Source: Proteromonas lacertae (lineage: Eukaryota). Taken from it: 64,000 nucleotides of DNA. Of the stretch, positions 20,401 through 34,486 are shown piece by piece. Location: contig NGBS01001172.1 of NCBI GenBank assembly GCA_002245135.1, positions 1 to 64,000 of the forward strand, in the 5' to 3' direction. The notes beneath the pieces are model-generated. The model did not search any database, had not been told where the DNA came from, and worked only from the letters and a program-made list of their open reading frames with translations. The number at the start of each line of letters is the position of its first letter. Position 1 is the first letter of the stretch. The position numbers and the translations under genes were made by a program.

Positions 20401-21858
20401 CCTTTTTTAATCCATCATATTTGCTTATCACTTCTTTTTTTTATTTTTACACTTTTTTGTTTTATTTTCATTGTTTTGTATTATAAAATTAAGACTATTT
20501 ATCTTATTAATTCTATTTACAATAGTTGATGATGCTACATATCCATTAATAACTCTTTCCTTTGTAGGAATAGTTTTCTTAAAATCTTTCAACTTTTTTT
20601 CATCAATTACTGCATCTACATTGGCTATATCATTATTAGTTTCTTTTATTATATTCATTATCTTATCTATTTTATCTAAACAATCTTTCATCATGGCTTC
20701 TGATGAAGTATATTCAAATTCTTCACCAAGTAGTGTGTATATACATTTTTTACCATCTCTTTTATAATAATTTTTGGAAATTTTATTATTATCAATAACG
20801 TTTTTTAGATTTCTATAATAATCTTTAATATCTTCTTTATATTTATTAATCTTTTCTTTGTTCTCTTTTATATTTCTTTCAAGTATTGTTATTTCCTGAT
20901 TCAGTGAATTTTCTTTTTTGTTTTTTTTAACATCTAATCTTTTCTTCAATTCTTCAATATTTTTTCTTTCAATATTTAACTCTTCTAAATGTAAAGATTT
21001 CTTTTTATCTTCAAATGCATTTGATAGATTTTTCTTTAAAAAGAATAGTAAAACATAAATAAACGATGTTTTACCTATACCTGGCTGACCAGTTACTACT
21101 ATATATTCATATTTCGACATGCATTTACAAATATCACGAAATATTGTATAATAACAATCCCTGATGTAAATTGTCTTCTTTGGGAATTGAAATACATTGA
21201 TATCATCGCTAAATTGTAGATACATCTTTGTTTGATCTTTAATAGCTTTACTATTCTTCTTAAGTTTATTATGATATACATCTGTTAAACTATTCACGAT
21301 TCTTATAAAACTATCTTCTTCATTGGATTTTTTACTTTCTAGTTCTTTTCGTATATCATCATCCAAGAATTCAATACCATCATGTCTATCAAACAAAATG
21401 AATACAGGATAGATTGGATTTTCACATTGTATATCACTCAATTTACATAGAACATCATCATCTTTCTTACCATCTTCTTTAATTGACATGTTTTTTTCTT
21501 CCAAATTGTATGTTATTTCATATATTGTACCTTCTTTCAATCCATCAATTGTAACTTCAAGTATTCCACCTTTATCATCCATCTGTGGTGTTACATCAGC
21601 TGATGTGTTCTTTATTTTCATCAACTTTATCATTTTATCACTACTTATCCTTGATAATGATTGAGAATATCCAACTCCTAATTTAGTTTTTACTTTCCAA
21701 ATTTGGATTCTCATCATACACTTTTTAGCTTTAACTTGTTTTTCAAGTATACCGATTTTTAATTCTTCGGATCTATTTCTAAACAGTACATCATTTATTG
21801 CTAAGGTTGAATGGCCATTTTTTCTTCTTTCTGGCAAACAGTCTAGAATAGAATTCAT
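17468..21858 (-). CDS. Crinkler/RHS-type protein with two P-loop NTPase modules and a C-terminal REase-like domain
   Basis: IYIRDCY...VVTGQPGIGKTSF, a second module LLMRKCF...IFGQERIGKS, and C-terminal FPDIDALIGPFGIQITVSKEH. Three tracked ORFs join through a T8-run frameshift (20435-20442) and a ~33-nt intron near 19184-19216. Confidence 0.7.
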
Positions 21859-22596
21859 TTGTCTATTGAATAAGAATTAATAATAATAAATACTGCATCT
21901 TAACTAATAAGTGAGATATAGATAATTGATTATTTGAATGAACAACCAATAAAATAAGCTCAACAACTAACCAATCAAATCGTACCTGTATTCAACCAAT
22001 AAAATTGCTTTATTTAGATAATTTGCATGTCGTTTTTATATTGATGTAGAAAGAAATAATTGATTTTGATATACATAATTGATTTAGGTTATTATAAGTT
22101 TTCATATTGTAATGATATTTAAGTAAGCAATCGAATTGAGAGTGAATTAGTTAATTACTCTTGATTGATGGTAATTATATATGTAATTGCAGTTATTATT
22201 ATAGATTAAATATATAAGTACTTTATAATCAGCTTAATTTTCGTTCTTAACGAAATATCGTTTGCTCTGTAATATAAGAAGAAAGAATGATATTGAAAAG
22301 TAGTATTTTATATTTTTTACAACATAACTCCAAAGCATTTGTTTATTATCATACTATCAAAAAAAGATTGTTTAGAAATCAACTAAAACATGATACTATT
22401 TCATATATTCAAACTTCTCTGTAACTGAAGCAATTGTTTCTCAATCGCACACCATTTGTGTTGTTATAATTGTGTGAAATTTCTTACTAGTACTGCAATA
22501 GTATAATTCAAAGTGACATATCAAATTACACATTTAATGATGAAATAAAATCACATAAAGAAACAATTAGAACCACAGCATATATATAATTAATAA

Positions 22597-25078
22597 TTAA
22601 TATTCTACTGGATTATTATTTTCATCAGTTTCTACTACTTCAAAGTAATAATTATATATATCCTCATTAAAATCACTTATAGGAATACCCAACTCTTCAA
22701 AATCAATATAATCTTCACTCTCTTTATTCTCTTCATCATTATCTTCAGCTGTTGGTATTACATTATCATCATTTTCTTCAAAGAAAGGAGCTTCAGGAAT
22801 TGTAGAATTTTTGGGAGTTAAAGATTGTTTTTTATAAGATTTATTCTTTGTTGGCAAAGGTATTAATGTTGATCCACTCATTGTTGCTCTTCTAGTTGCT
22901 ATATTGTTATGAACTTTTACAGGATTCTTAGTGGCTGTTTTTACTGCACTTTGAAGTTTTTTGATCTTTTCTTCATTCTTTTCATTTGTTTTTGATAATT
23001 TTTCTTTTTCTTTGGTTATTGATTCTAATTTTGTTGTTATTGTTTGTAATTTCTTTTGAATTGATTCATTTTCTTTTGTTAAACATTCATTATCATTCTT
23101 TAGACTTGTATTACTTTTCTTTAATGTTTTTACTTCTTTCTTCAATGAATCAATTTCTATTTTCAATTCTTCTCTACTTTCTTCAAGTTCTTTCTTTAAT
23201 TTCTTAGTTTCTTCATTTGTCATTTTCTTTTTATTTAATTCTTCTTTTTCGTATATTTCTATTTGATTCTCTAAACTTTCTTTTTCAGATTGTAAATTCT
23301 TTAATTCTTTCTTAAGTTTCTTCAAATCATCTTCTGATTTAGAATTATTTGAACTTAATTTATTATTCAATTCTTTATTTTCATCCTTCAACTTTTCATT
23401 CTCATTTTCTATTCTTTCAATCTCACTTTTATATTTCTTCATCTCATTCTTTAAGTCTTTGATTATTGAGTTATTTTCATCGATTGTTGAACTTAATTCT
23501 TTTATCTGTATTTTAAATTGTTTTTCATTCTTTTCTCTATTCTGGTTAATTTTCTGTAATTCATTCTCTTTGTCATTCTGTAAAGAATTATTCTGTTTCT
23601 GTAAATTTTGTAATTCCTTTTTCAATGCAGATAGCTCCTTTTTAAGTGTAGAATTTTCATCTTCAAAGGATTTATATTCTACCAACTTTTTAGCACTTCC
23701 TAAATTCACTTTTCTTATTCTACTAGCAAAATTTAAAGTGCATAAAGTCTCACCACAAAATTTCTTATCATTTCGTATTGTACAAATCATTATTGTCTTA
23801 GCTCCTGGACTTAATGCATCTTTCAATGCATAGGTCAATTTACTATTACGATAAGGAATATGCTTCTGTTTTCCATCTAAAGCAGATATTACATCCCCTA
23901 AGGAACTTAGTGATTTATTGATATTTTGAGCTTCTATTAATCGACTTCCAGATGCTCCAGATTTATCGATTCTTTCACTTCCTGCTAAATCTACTAAGTT
24001 TATTCTTCCAATGATTGTTTTGTTGTTAATTTTATGTTGAACTGTTAATAGTAAGATACAATGTGATCTGGAACTATATTCATTCATATTGGTACTAGCT
24101 GTAGATCGATTATCACTTCCTATTTTATAATATTTCAATATATCTTCATTTGTCTTTATGAACTGTTCAGTTATTCCATTTGCTGTTATTCCTTCTTCAC
24201 TATTCACTAAATTCATCTTCTTTCGTTTGTTACTTAATAAATCATACACTTCTTCGTTATATATTTCATACATGGAGATTTTTATTACACAATCGATTAA
24301 ATCTTCACTTAAATTCATTATTTTGTTTGTCAAATTGAAGAATAATCCATAATTGTTTTTCTCACCTATCATTGTATAAGTTTTACCACTTCCAGTTTGA
24401 CCATATGCAATGACAGCTACTTGATATCCATCTACTACAGATACACTTAGATGTTCAAATTCATTGAATATTTCTGATTGGTTACTTTTCATTGAAAAAC
24501 AATGATCAAATAGAAATGCTTTATTATTGTCATGATCATCATCTTTTATACTCATCGATGTATCATTATATACGTCTACTATGTTGTTAGGACTGTCTAT
24601 ATTCACCTCAGGACGTACTCTTGTGTAAACTAATATATTACCTTTCGTGTTTTGAAGAGATGAAAGTAATTTTGAATTATCTTTTCGAGTATTTGCTAGT
24701 TGAACTTCTAAATTTTGTAGTTCTTCTTTTAATTGTTCCATTGACACCATCTCATTGATAGGAAGAAGTCCCATTGAAGATAATCTCTTTCTTTTAAATG
24801 TACTCTTAGAAAATGGCATTTTACCTGTTGTTCGAACAAATAACGTATTTAATGATTCTAGTAATTCACTCACTTTCTAATAAAATCACAATTCTAAATA
24901 TACTGTCTCTTTTTTAGATATATCACTTATTTTCTGAATCTCTAACATCACAGGCTATTTCAATTCATTATAACTACGATTATACCTCCAAAGAAGCAAA
25001 AGAACTATATAGCTCTTCCAAACTACGTTCTATCTCACTAGACACTGAAGTATCATTTTTCAATTCTTCTAATGACAT
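22597..25078 (-). CDS. Kinesin-14-like motor protein with C-terminal coiled coil
   Basis: KGNILVYTRVRP neck, AYGQTGSGKT, SSRSH, LVDLAGSER, HIPYRNSKLT; two short upstream exons inferred, start uncertain. Confidence 0.9.
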
Positions 25079-25316
25079 AATTCGATTTAACTAGTGATAT
25101 ATTCAAAAAAATATAAAATACAGAATAATACAGTGAATAATACATTTGTATTTTCTGAAAAGATATTCTAGAGACATTTATTAATTGACATAGTAGATTT
25201 TATATAAGCTAATGTTTGCTATTCTATTTAATCTTTTAGATGAACATATAATTATGGATTTTCAAAATACAATAACAACAAAACAAAATATATTCATATA
25301 TATCGAATTTAATCAT

Positions 25317-28300
25317 TTAACTTTCAGTTGGAGGAGTAGTGGATGTTTTTATTCCTTCATTTTCTTCTATTACCACTTCTCTCTTTTCTTCTTCCTGTTC
25401 TTCAACTTTTTCTTCTTCTTTCTTTTTATCTTTCAATTTTCTTCCTACATTAAAATCAGGTGGTTTTTCCCAAACACTTTTACCACTCAAAGTATCATAA
25501 TAATATTTTCGTTTATTCGTTTCATCATAAAATACTTTCCATTTTGGTTTACTTTTAGCTTTTATACTATCAGTTGATAGTACTTTATTTATTTTTGGTT
25601 TGAAATGATCTAATTCTTTTTCATTATTTTCTACTTCTTTTCCTGGTAATCTGAATAATTCATCATTCATATGATTTATTTGTTCTAAACTACACATTTT
25701 ACATACTTTCAATTTCTCAGATGAATAAACGGTTAATTCATATTCACTTTCACAAGAATCTAATGTTGCTACGATTATTCCATAACATCCACGTTTTAAT
25801 CTACATCTTATTTCTATCTCAATTTCTTTTCGAGGATTTCCACTGTAACTTATAATATTTGCATGACTTAATTCACTTAATCGAAATTGTTTATATCGAT
25901 TATAAGGATTTTGAACTACATACATCGATATTGGTAATAGTTTCTTCAATATATCACCATTTTTATCACATTGTCTTAATTTCAATACAATCTCAGTCAC
26001 TCTTCGAATTCTTAACTTATAATGAGGTGCTTTGGTTAAATCACAATTTGGATTATTAATTGAAGGTAAACCAGTAGCAGTTCCATCTCTTTTAGACCAT
26101 TCAGATTGTATTACTTGTTTTGTCCATTTCTCAGGGAATAAGTAATAACAAATATAAAGTGATTTAAATGCATTACAAAAATCATCTAAACACATCCAAA
26201 ATGTATTTTCATCTTCATTTTCTTCACATAATTTATATTTTATTCTTGAACTCCATAAGGAACTATTCTTATTCCAATCGCCTTTCCAACTCATATCTCC
26301 TTCATCTGGTTTAGATGGGTATCTTAATTTGATTAATTGATTTCCATCTATCTCTTTTACATCACATATAGGATATACACTATTTGTTAAAATTCCATAA
26401 TCACTTGTATATTCTTTCTCATTTTCAAAACCAGTCATTACACTGACGCCCATTATATAGCCATTTTGATTACATCTCATTAAATTCTCCCAAAATACAG
26501 TTCGATGAATATTTTTACTCTCTTTATAGATATGAACTTCTTCAGCTGCATATCCTGTCAATATTTCTAATGCTTCTTTTACAAATCCTTTTTGTAAGGC
26601 TACATAATTACCTCGATATTTAGCAAATGCTTTTTCAATTAAAGAAGCCCAAAGTGATTTGAAATTTGAACTATAACACATTGCAACTGAAGCACATTTT
26701 GTTTCTCGATAATTTCTACTAATTACAGGGAAGAAATCATCAACAATAATTGGTTGAAATACACCATATTTGTATAAATTAATAATATAAGCGCCAGTTT
26801 CAGATAATTCATTATTAATAATAATCTTACTAATTGGAATAGAAACACCTTTGTCATTCTTTTCACTATTAGCCAACATAGCTAAAGCACCAATTAACCA
26901 ACTATCACTAATAATACCTTCATAGATATCACTTGGATCAGTTCCATTTTCACCAAATAATGTAACATGTGGATTAATAGATAATGCAGATTCCCAACCA
27001 CATACTGGTTCAACTTTAGGAGGTAATTTACCAACACTTTCTATGGATGGAGAAAACTCAAAATCACAATATTGAATCTGTCTTCCTGGTACTGATGTTA
27101 AGATTGCTTGTCTTCCTCTGCTGATTTCTTCTAATAATTTTACAGAACAATAATCAATTTCTGTTAAATTCTCAGGAATTGTTTCATCTGCAACAATGAA
27201 TTCTTCTCTTCTTTCTTCTAATTGGTCATGATAAGTATCTAAGAATTCTAATTCTCTTTCTTTATGTTTATTTGACAATTCTTTTGATTCTTCTTCCATT
27301 TTCTTTTCTAAGGCTATTGTTTCTTCCATTTCTTCTTTCTTCAGCTTTTGTACCTTCTTTCTGTATTGTTTGAATAATAATTTGGTCTTATTATCTAAGC
27401 TGTTATACCAATCATTAATTATCTTCACTTCAACAGTTGTATAATTCTCAGTTAAAAATACTTTACTTGGTGGAATGATATTTTGTGCAACTAAACTATA
27501 TTTCTCTCTTCTCAACAACTTAATCATCTTTTGCTCTTCACTAGTTACTCTTTCTTGAGCTGTCTCTATTAACATACAAACAAAATGTAATAAACATCGA
27601 TATTCTTCATTAAATTCATGTTTTAAGTAATTATCTAATGGAATGACATTCTGTAATTTTTCTCTTGTCACTAATGGACGAGATTCACCAGCAATTGGAG
27701 TGATATTTTTATTATTATAAAAGCAGTTGAATATTCCTGAAGGAGATAATATTCCAAGAGGTCCCATTCCTTTGAGAGTATATTCCATAAAGTCAGAGAA
27801 TTTCCATAAACCATTGATTCTTTTTGTAGCTATTTCTTCTTGGATATGCTCTTGTGTACCATCTTCTTGAGGAATGATCTTTTGTACAAATTGACGGAAT
27901 GAATATAAATCTGTGGCATTATTATATGCTTCTATTGCTGCATTTAATGCATTTCTAACTTTCTTTGTTTCATCATCTTCATCATCATTATCTACTTCAT
28001 TCTTATCCATTTTATTATTCTCTATTAAATCATTACTACTATTATTAACGTTATTATTTGGTTTTACTGTTTCGTCTTCTTCATTATCATTCTTATTAAT
28101 ATCCAAATTAATCTCTGATGTATTATTAGATATTAATTCTTTATTACTTTGAGCAAATGGAACACAATTGTTATTCATATCTCCTAGACCTGATTTTCTT
28201 GAACTTATTGTTTTAAGAAGAGCTGATTTTGGTAAAATTTCAATCTTTTCATTTTCTCCATCAATTATTAAAACTCCTCTTCTTTTCTTATATTCATCCA

Positions 28301-31300
28301 TCGCTAAACTAATAGCAAATTTAATTTCAGGATCACCTAAATACATCACTTCATTAGCCAATAAGAATGGAACTTGTGATTGACAATAAGTGTAAAAAGC
28401 TTCAACTATAATGATCGGAATACAAATCACTATTAAACCAAATTCTATTGGATGAACTAAAGCTGTTAATATTGAACCCCATAGTGTAAATAACATTAAG
28501 AAAATAATAACATCTAAACCAAAGTGATTGTCAACTTGTAATGATAATTTGATAGAATCAAATGAATAAATGGGGAAGATATAAGGACTGAAATATAACG
28601 AAGGACTTTTCCTTGTATAATAAATCTGACACATATCAAATAAATAACCAACTGCAATTAATCCAAGTAAACCAGAGAAGGTAAATGCTAAATTAATATC
28701 TAATATTAATGAAATAACAAATGCAATGACAAATAGAACAAAACATAAACCAATTGATCTTACCTGTGTTGGAACTGAAACTGAATACTTATTTTTACTC
28801 CATGTATGTATGTAAAACATCAAAACTAAACCTAAAACTAATACGATTGAAACAACAACACCAGCCACCATTGGAGTGAAGAAATATAAGAATATATGAC
28901 ATATAAATAATAAAACATAACTTGGCCAAAATAATACATGAGAAAACTCACTATTATTCCAATTATTATCATACCATCGATAAATTGCACAAAACATAAA
29001 TATTGCAGATGGATAAACAAATAATACCATTAAATATAACATAGCATAAGAACTACTTAATTTCCATTCAATACACATACCAAATAAGTAAATTAAAGTA
29101 CCAATAAACACTATACTACCAACTATTGAGTTAAATATGATTATTGGTGTAAATTTATATCTATGGAAATATCTAAATACTGGTTCAAGTGTAAAGAATA
29201 AACTAACTATTGTAAGAGATACAAATCCACCTACCCAATGTGGATCTGTAACGTAACTAATTATTACTCCCATTCCTACTACTAATATGAAATCAATAAT
29301 GAATAAACACAATATCTTATAATCAATACTAGTCAAATTACCTGTAAAGAATGCTTTCATTATACTCATTTCGGCTGGATTTACTTTATTGCTCTTTAAA
29401 TCTCTTGTCGGCTTGGGAGGGTTTGATTCTCCTACTTTACCAGCTTCTAAATCATCATTTTGGACTAATGGAACATTTATATCATCTTTACTGTTTTTAT
29501 CTTTTGGTTTATCTTTTCCTTCTTTCTCTTCTTCTGAAGCTGCAACTACTACAACAGTATCTGGTGGATTTTTATTTGATGTTTCAGATTCAGGCTGATT
29601 TTGGGGACTTTTAGAAGTGTTATTTGATAATACATCTGATGCAGTTGTTGCTGTAGTTTTAGAATGTTGCAATGTATTTGATAATACCTCAGATTCTGGT
29701 TGTTGTTCACTATGAATTGTAGATTGTGTCATCATTGGAGGAATAGAAGGCATTTTAACATGAAATTGAGATTTCTTTGGTGTTAAGTAGTCTAAATCAC
29801 TATTGAAATTTGGTCCATTCTTCTTTGGAGTTGGTGATGCTAAATTATTAACATTATTATTGTCATTCATAAATAATTGATCTAATTTGGGTAATACTGG
29901 CATCTGTTGTACTGCTGCATTGATTTTTTCTTTCTCTATTTCTTCATTATTACCATTGCCACCACCATTTTCATTATTATTATTATTATTATTATCAGCT
30001 TTACGATCTAAAGGAGGTAATTCAAAGTTTTGAGCCCATCTTTCCACTTCTTTCTTATTTGTTGTACCATAATAATATAAATTATAATATTCTACACTGT
30101 TGTAATATTCATCCATTATATTGAAATCCTCTCTATTCCTAAACTTTGGATTTTCAGTGAAACTACCTCCATTTTCCCAATATTGTAAGAATATATTAAA
30201 TGTAATAATGATAATTGCAGGTAAAAATCCTAATAAGATTGGAATAATCATTTGATCTGTACTGAAATGATATACTATAGCACATGCAATAAAGACAATC
30301 TCAGTAATGATTGATAATCTCATTGGGAATGAAAATAATGGCTTTTTACCTTCTTCATTTTCATTTATAATTTGCCCTCTGAATTGAAGCCAGAATGCTC
30401 TTAAAGATGCATAAGAAAATGAATATAACAACACAAAAACTAACACACATACACCCAACATATATTCTTTGAAATATAAATCAAATATATGAATATCAGG
30501 TAAGTCTGTCAATGTATCAGATAATGCAATTAAAATAACAAAATATATAGTTGAGAATATGAATGGCAACTCTGTATCTAAATAATTATATCTTTTATCA
30601 TCCTCTTCATTATTTTCATTACCTTTTCCTACAGGAATTAATTCTTTTGTGTTACTTTTATCAGTATAATTTGGTGTAACGTATGTATAAATAATTTGGC
30701 TTGACATTATTATAGCAAATGTAGCATAAGCAAATATATGACCAATCAACCAGTATTCGCCCATCCAAATACAAAACCATAATCTACTCACTATAACCAT
30801 AATAGATAGCATAAATGGACCAATATTAGATTTAGATCTAGTCAATGAGAATAAAGCTGCATCTAATATAACACAGGACAAAGCAACTACAAATCCATGA
30901 ACTCCCATCTCTTCATCAAACAATGGAACAGTTATAATATATAATACTAAATCAAGAAATGCTACACCATATATTTTATAAGAGGAAGATACATCTTCTG
31001 AATTATTTTCATATATTCTATTAAAACTATCAGTATATTCGAAATATGGATTATCTGGATCAATTGAAAATGCACCTGGTAAGCAATCTGTTATTTTAAA
31101 TTGCACATTATAATCATCTTCTTCTACTTTTTCTAAACCAACGAATGATTCACGACTTGACCTTCCTGAATTCAATGCAATTACGTCACTTGGTGTAGAT
31201 GATAATAAATTCTTATCACTTGTTTTTAAGGATGCCTTACTGGCTTGCAAGAATCTTAAAGCATCTTTACTCTTTTTACTTATTGATTTTCTACTATTTG

Positions 31301-33346
31301 TACTTGATAATGATCTTTTATTGGATGATAATTTATAAACTTTATTATCACTACCATTATTATTATTATTATCTTTATTATTATTATTATGTCTTAAACA
31401 GAAGTATTTCAACATATCTTGAATAGTGATTTGACTCTTTCTAACATGTGAATTCTGTAAAAATAAGAACCAACACATTAATGCAGAATTCATCATTAAA
31501 AATATAGTCGTTACAGAGAAGAAGCTAACTGGTCTAATACTGGAGAATAAAGCACCAAACATGTAAGCAATAATACACAAAATACCGAATACAAATGAAT
31601 ACAGTATTCTCTTTTGCATTCTCCATCCATCATTTTTCCATAAGCAAATACCATAACCGAAACTTATAATTGCCAAACCAACAAATATGACTAAATAACC
31701 CATTGCAGCTGGAACAATATTTCTAATTAAAACAATACCAAAGGAGAATAATATAGGAATGGGTATTAATATTGATATCAAAATACTCACTTTTTCATAA
31801 TACATATTACGATTGTAAACTACGTTGTTAACTGATTCTCCATAGTTGAAGAATAAATATCCTAATGCATTGTTATAAGGAGAATCTCTATTGTATTCGA
31901 TTGAATCTAACATTGGTTCGATATATTCATATTTATAACTCTATTCAATAATATATATATATATATATATACAATTCTTCTTGATACAAAACAAACAGAT
32001 AAAAACATAAATATAAACAAAGGAATACCAAACTGTAAAACATATAAAAAGAACTTTACATTATCCATATCATCATCATAAACAATAGGTAATGGTGGAA
32101 TAATTGGATGTAATTTCAACGCAATCATATAGCCATAACTAGCAAATGTTTCATTGTCTTTCATATCATAAGAAGGAGCTGGAATTGTATAATTACCTTT
32201 GGATGATGTTAAATTCTTATAATAACATTGTCCTCTATTATCTTGAAGATCGTCATTCACTTTGATGTAGTAATCAATATTGTCAGCTTTATTCCATTTA
32301 GTCAACCATAAACCTACAGCTTCATTACTTACATCAAATCTATTAATACATATAAATAAATCTGTTGGCATGTTATATTCAAAGGTGATATAATCAGTAT
32401 CATTAATTCTGTTTTCTTCACTGGAATAGCTTGTCTGGATTAGAAATGCATTGTATATTTCACTTACACTATATTATATATATATATATATATATAATAT
32501 ACTTTTCTTGTGTAGTAAGCATCTTAACATTAGTTGAATCAGCATAAATATAACCACCTGTTGGATCATCAATAACAACATTAACACTCTTATTCATATA
32601 TCCATGACTATCGGTGATCTTTACTGAGTATGGAATCATCTTCTGTCTTATCAATATACAAACTGCTTCTGGATTTAACTTACTATTTGTTACATTATTT
32701 TCATCAACTATAACACATGGAATATCATTCAAACTTAACCAAGCTTCTTGAATACAGATATTATCGTACTTTGGATTGGTGTAGTTTTCATCTGGGAATA
32801 TAGAGCAGGATATGACTTTAGTTTCAACCATCCCAATGAAATCATTTCCTAATTCAAAGCCTGTATCATAATCCCATACTTCAATGGTGATATTATCATT
32901 GACATTTCTCAAGCCAAACTATAATGAATATATAAGATATATATATATATATATACATCAAAGACATTATATTCTTTCCACACTGGATTTAAGTTATCGT
33001 CAATATATCTTGTCTTTTCGTTCTGTGTGTGAGTTCCTATCTCTTCATTCTCATGAACAGTCACTTCTACGAAAACATCTGATTCTGCTGACATTACTCC
33101 TAAAGTATCAAGGTTTGGCATGTTATATCCCTAGATAAAGGATAATAGATGTGAAAATACCTCTAAAACAGAGATCTCCAAATAACCCATCAGTTTATCA
33201 ACACCATCACACGATTGTGTGTCATTCCAGTCTGTTTCATCGTCACATCCAAAAGTGTTATGGTAATACTCGGTTTCCTTAGTAACACATCTACAAGATA
33301 CAAGTAATAAACTAATTATCAAGAATTTCAGTCTTATATTCATCAT
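25317..33346 (-). CDS. Giant multi-pass membrane calpain-like protein (signal peptide, C2, many TM helices, inactive CysPc, calpain domain III, WW)
   Basis: N-terminal exons encode a hydrophobic leader and C2 (DNLNPVW, IEVWDYD). Calpain motifs IVDDFFP, LWASLIEKAFAK, WKGDW, FWMCLDDF; WW domain WKVFYD...YYY...SVWEKP. Confidence 0.85.
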
Positions 33347-33498
33347 TTGTACTAAAATTTGAAAAATATGTAATTCTAAAAAGACTTATTAAATTTAACT
33401 GACTAAAGGTTGATTTCTGAAAATTTATCAACTTAAAACGAAAAAAGCTTGACTATTGCTTGAATAATCGTAAAAATGGGATTTACTTCATTCTTCAG

Positions 33499-33770
33499 AT
33501 GGCTGAGTATGCAGTATCAAAAATGAATCGTCTGAGCCAGGAAGAACACCCCATTATGATCGGTTTTGTGTATAACTGCAGTCATTCCTCTGATTTAGAT
33601 GTAATTCGTGCAACAGAAGAAGATTTGTTCCACAACATGTTTTTGTATATTGTTGATATAGTAATTTAAAATTAGATATATTGACAGATTAATATCAATT
33701 GTTAAACCAAGAATACTGTTATTTATCGTTATTGATGGAGCTCCAATAGCCAAAATGAACCAACAGTATA
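33499..33770 (+). pseudogene. Truncated XRN-family 5'-3' exoribonuclease fragment
   Basis: YNCSH...EEDLFHNMFLYI, short intron, DRLISIVKPRILLFIVIDGAPIAKMNQQ (XRN consensus AIDGVAPRAKMNQQ); the rest of the gene is absent. Confidence 0.65.
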
Positions 33771-34486
33771 TTACAATGTTTATTATGTGGAAGTATTGGT
33801 CATAGAGCTGATGAATGTAAAGGAAGAATAGATTTAGAAGGATTGAGTGAATTTAGAAAGAAAGAAAAAAGAAGTAATATATTATACTTATCAACAAATA
33901 CAAGAAGAAGAAGATAAAAGAAGAAGAAAAGAATTTAATGAAAACAATTGAATAATATAAGTCATTATGAAGTATTTTACTAAATTACAAAACTATTAAC
34001 TAATATTTCTATCAAATAGTTTTCTTAGCTTAACTGCTTATATATTTCTATTTATTTCTTATCAACTTTATCTACAGAAGTCATTCAGTAGTTATGCTTC
34101 TATAAATAATTCTAACTTCATTCACAAATGAACTGTGCATAATAATATTTAACACCCAATTAATTTATTCAAAAGATATAAGTGTGAAATTTACAAAATA
34201 CAACAAAATACAAATTATTCAAGCCATAAAAGCTTGACTTTTTTCTTTCAAAATTATATATTCTTATATATAACATAAAATATATTAATATTGTTATTAA
34301 CTCACTTATATACATATAAACTAAGATGTCAGCTAATACTTACTACACACTCATCGATGAATCTATATATATATAAGTATTCATCGTTATATACAACTTT
34401 CATCTCAGTAATTTGAATATCAACTGTTATTCAGTAAGTTTATCATAGCTATACATTCATCTTTATCATTTATTTTATATAATTCA

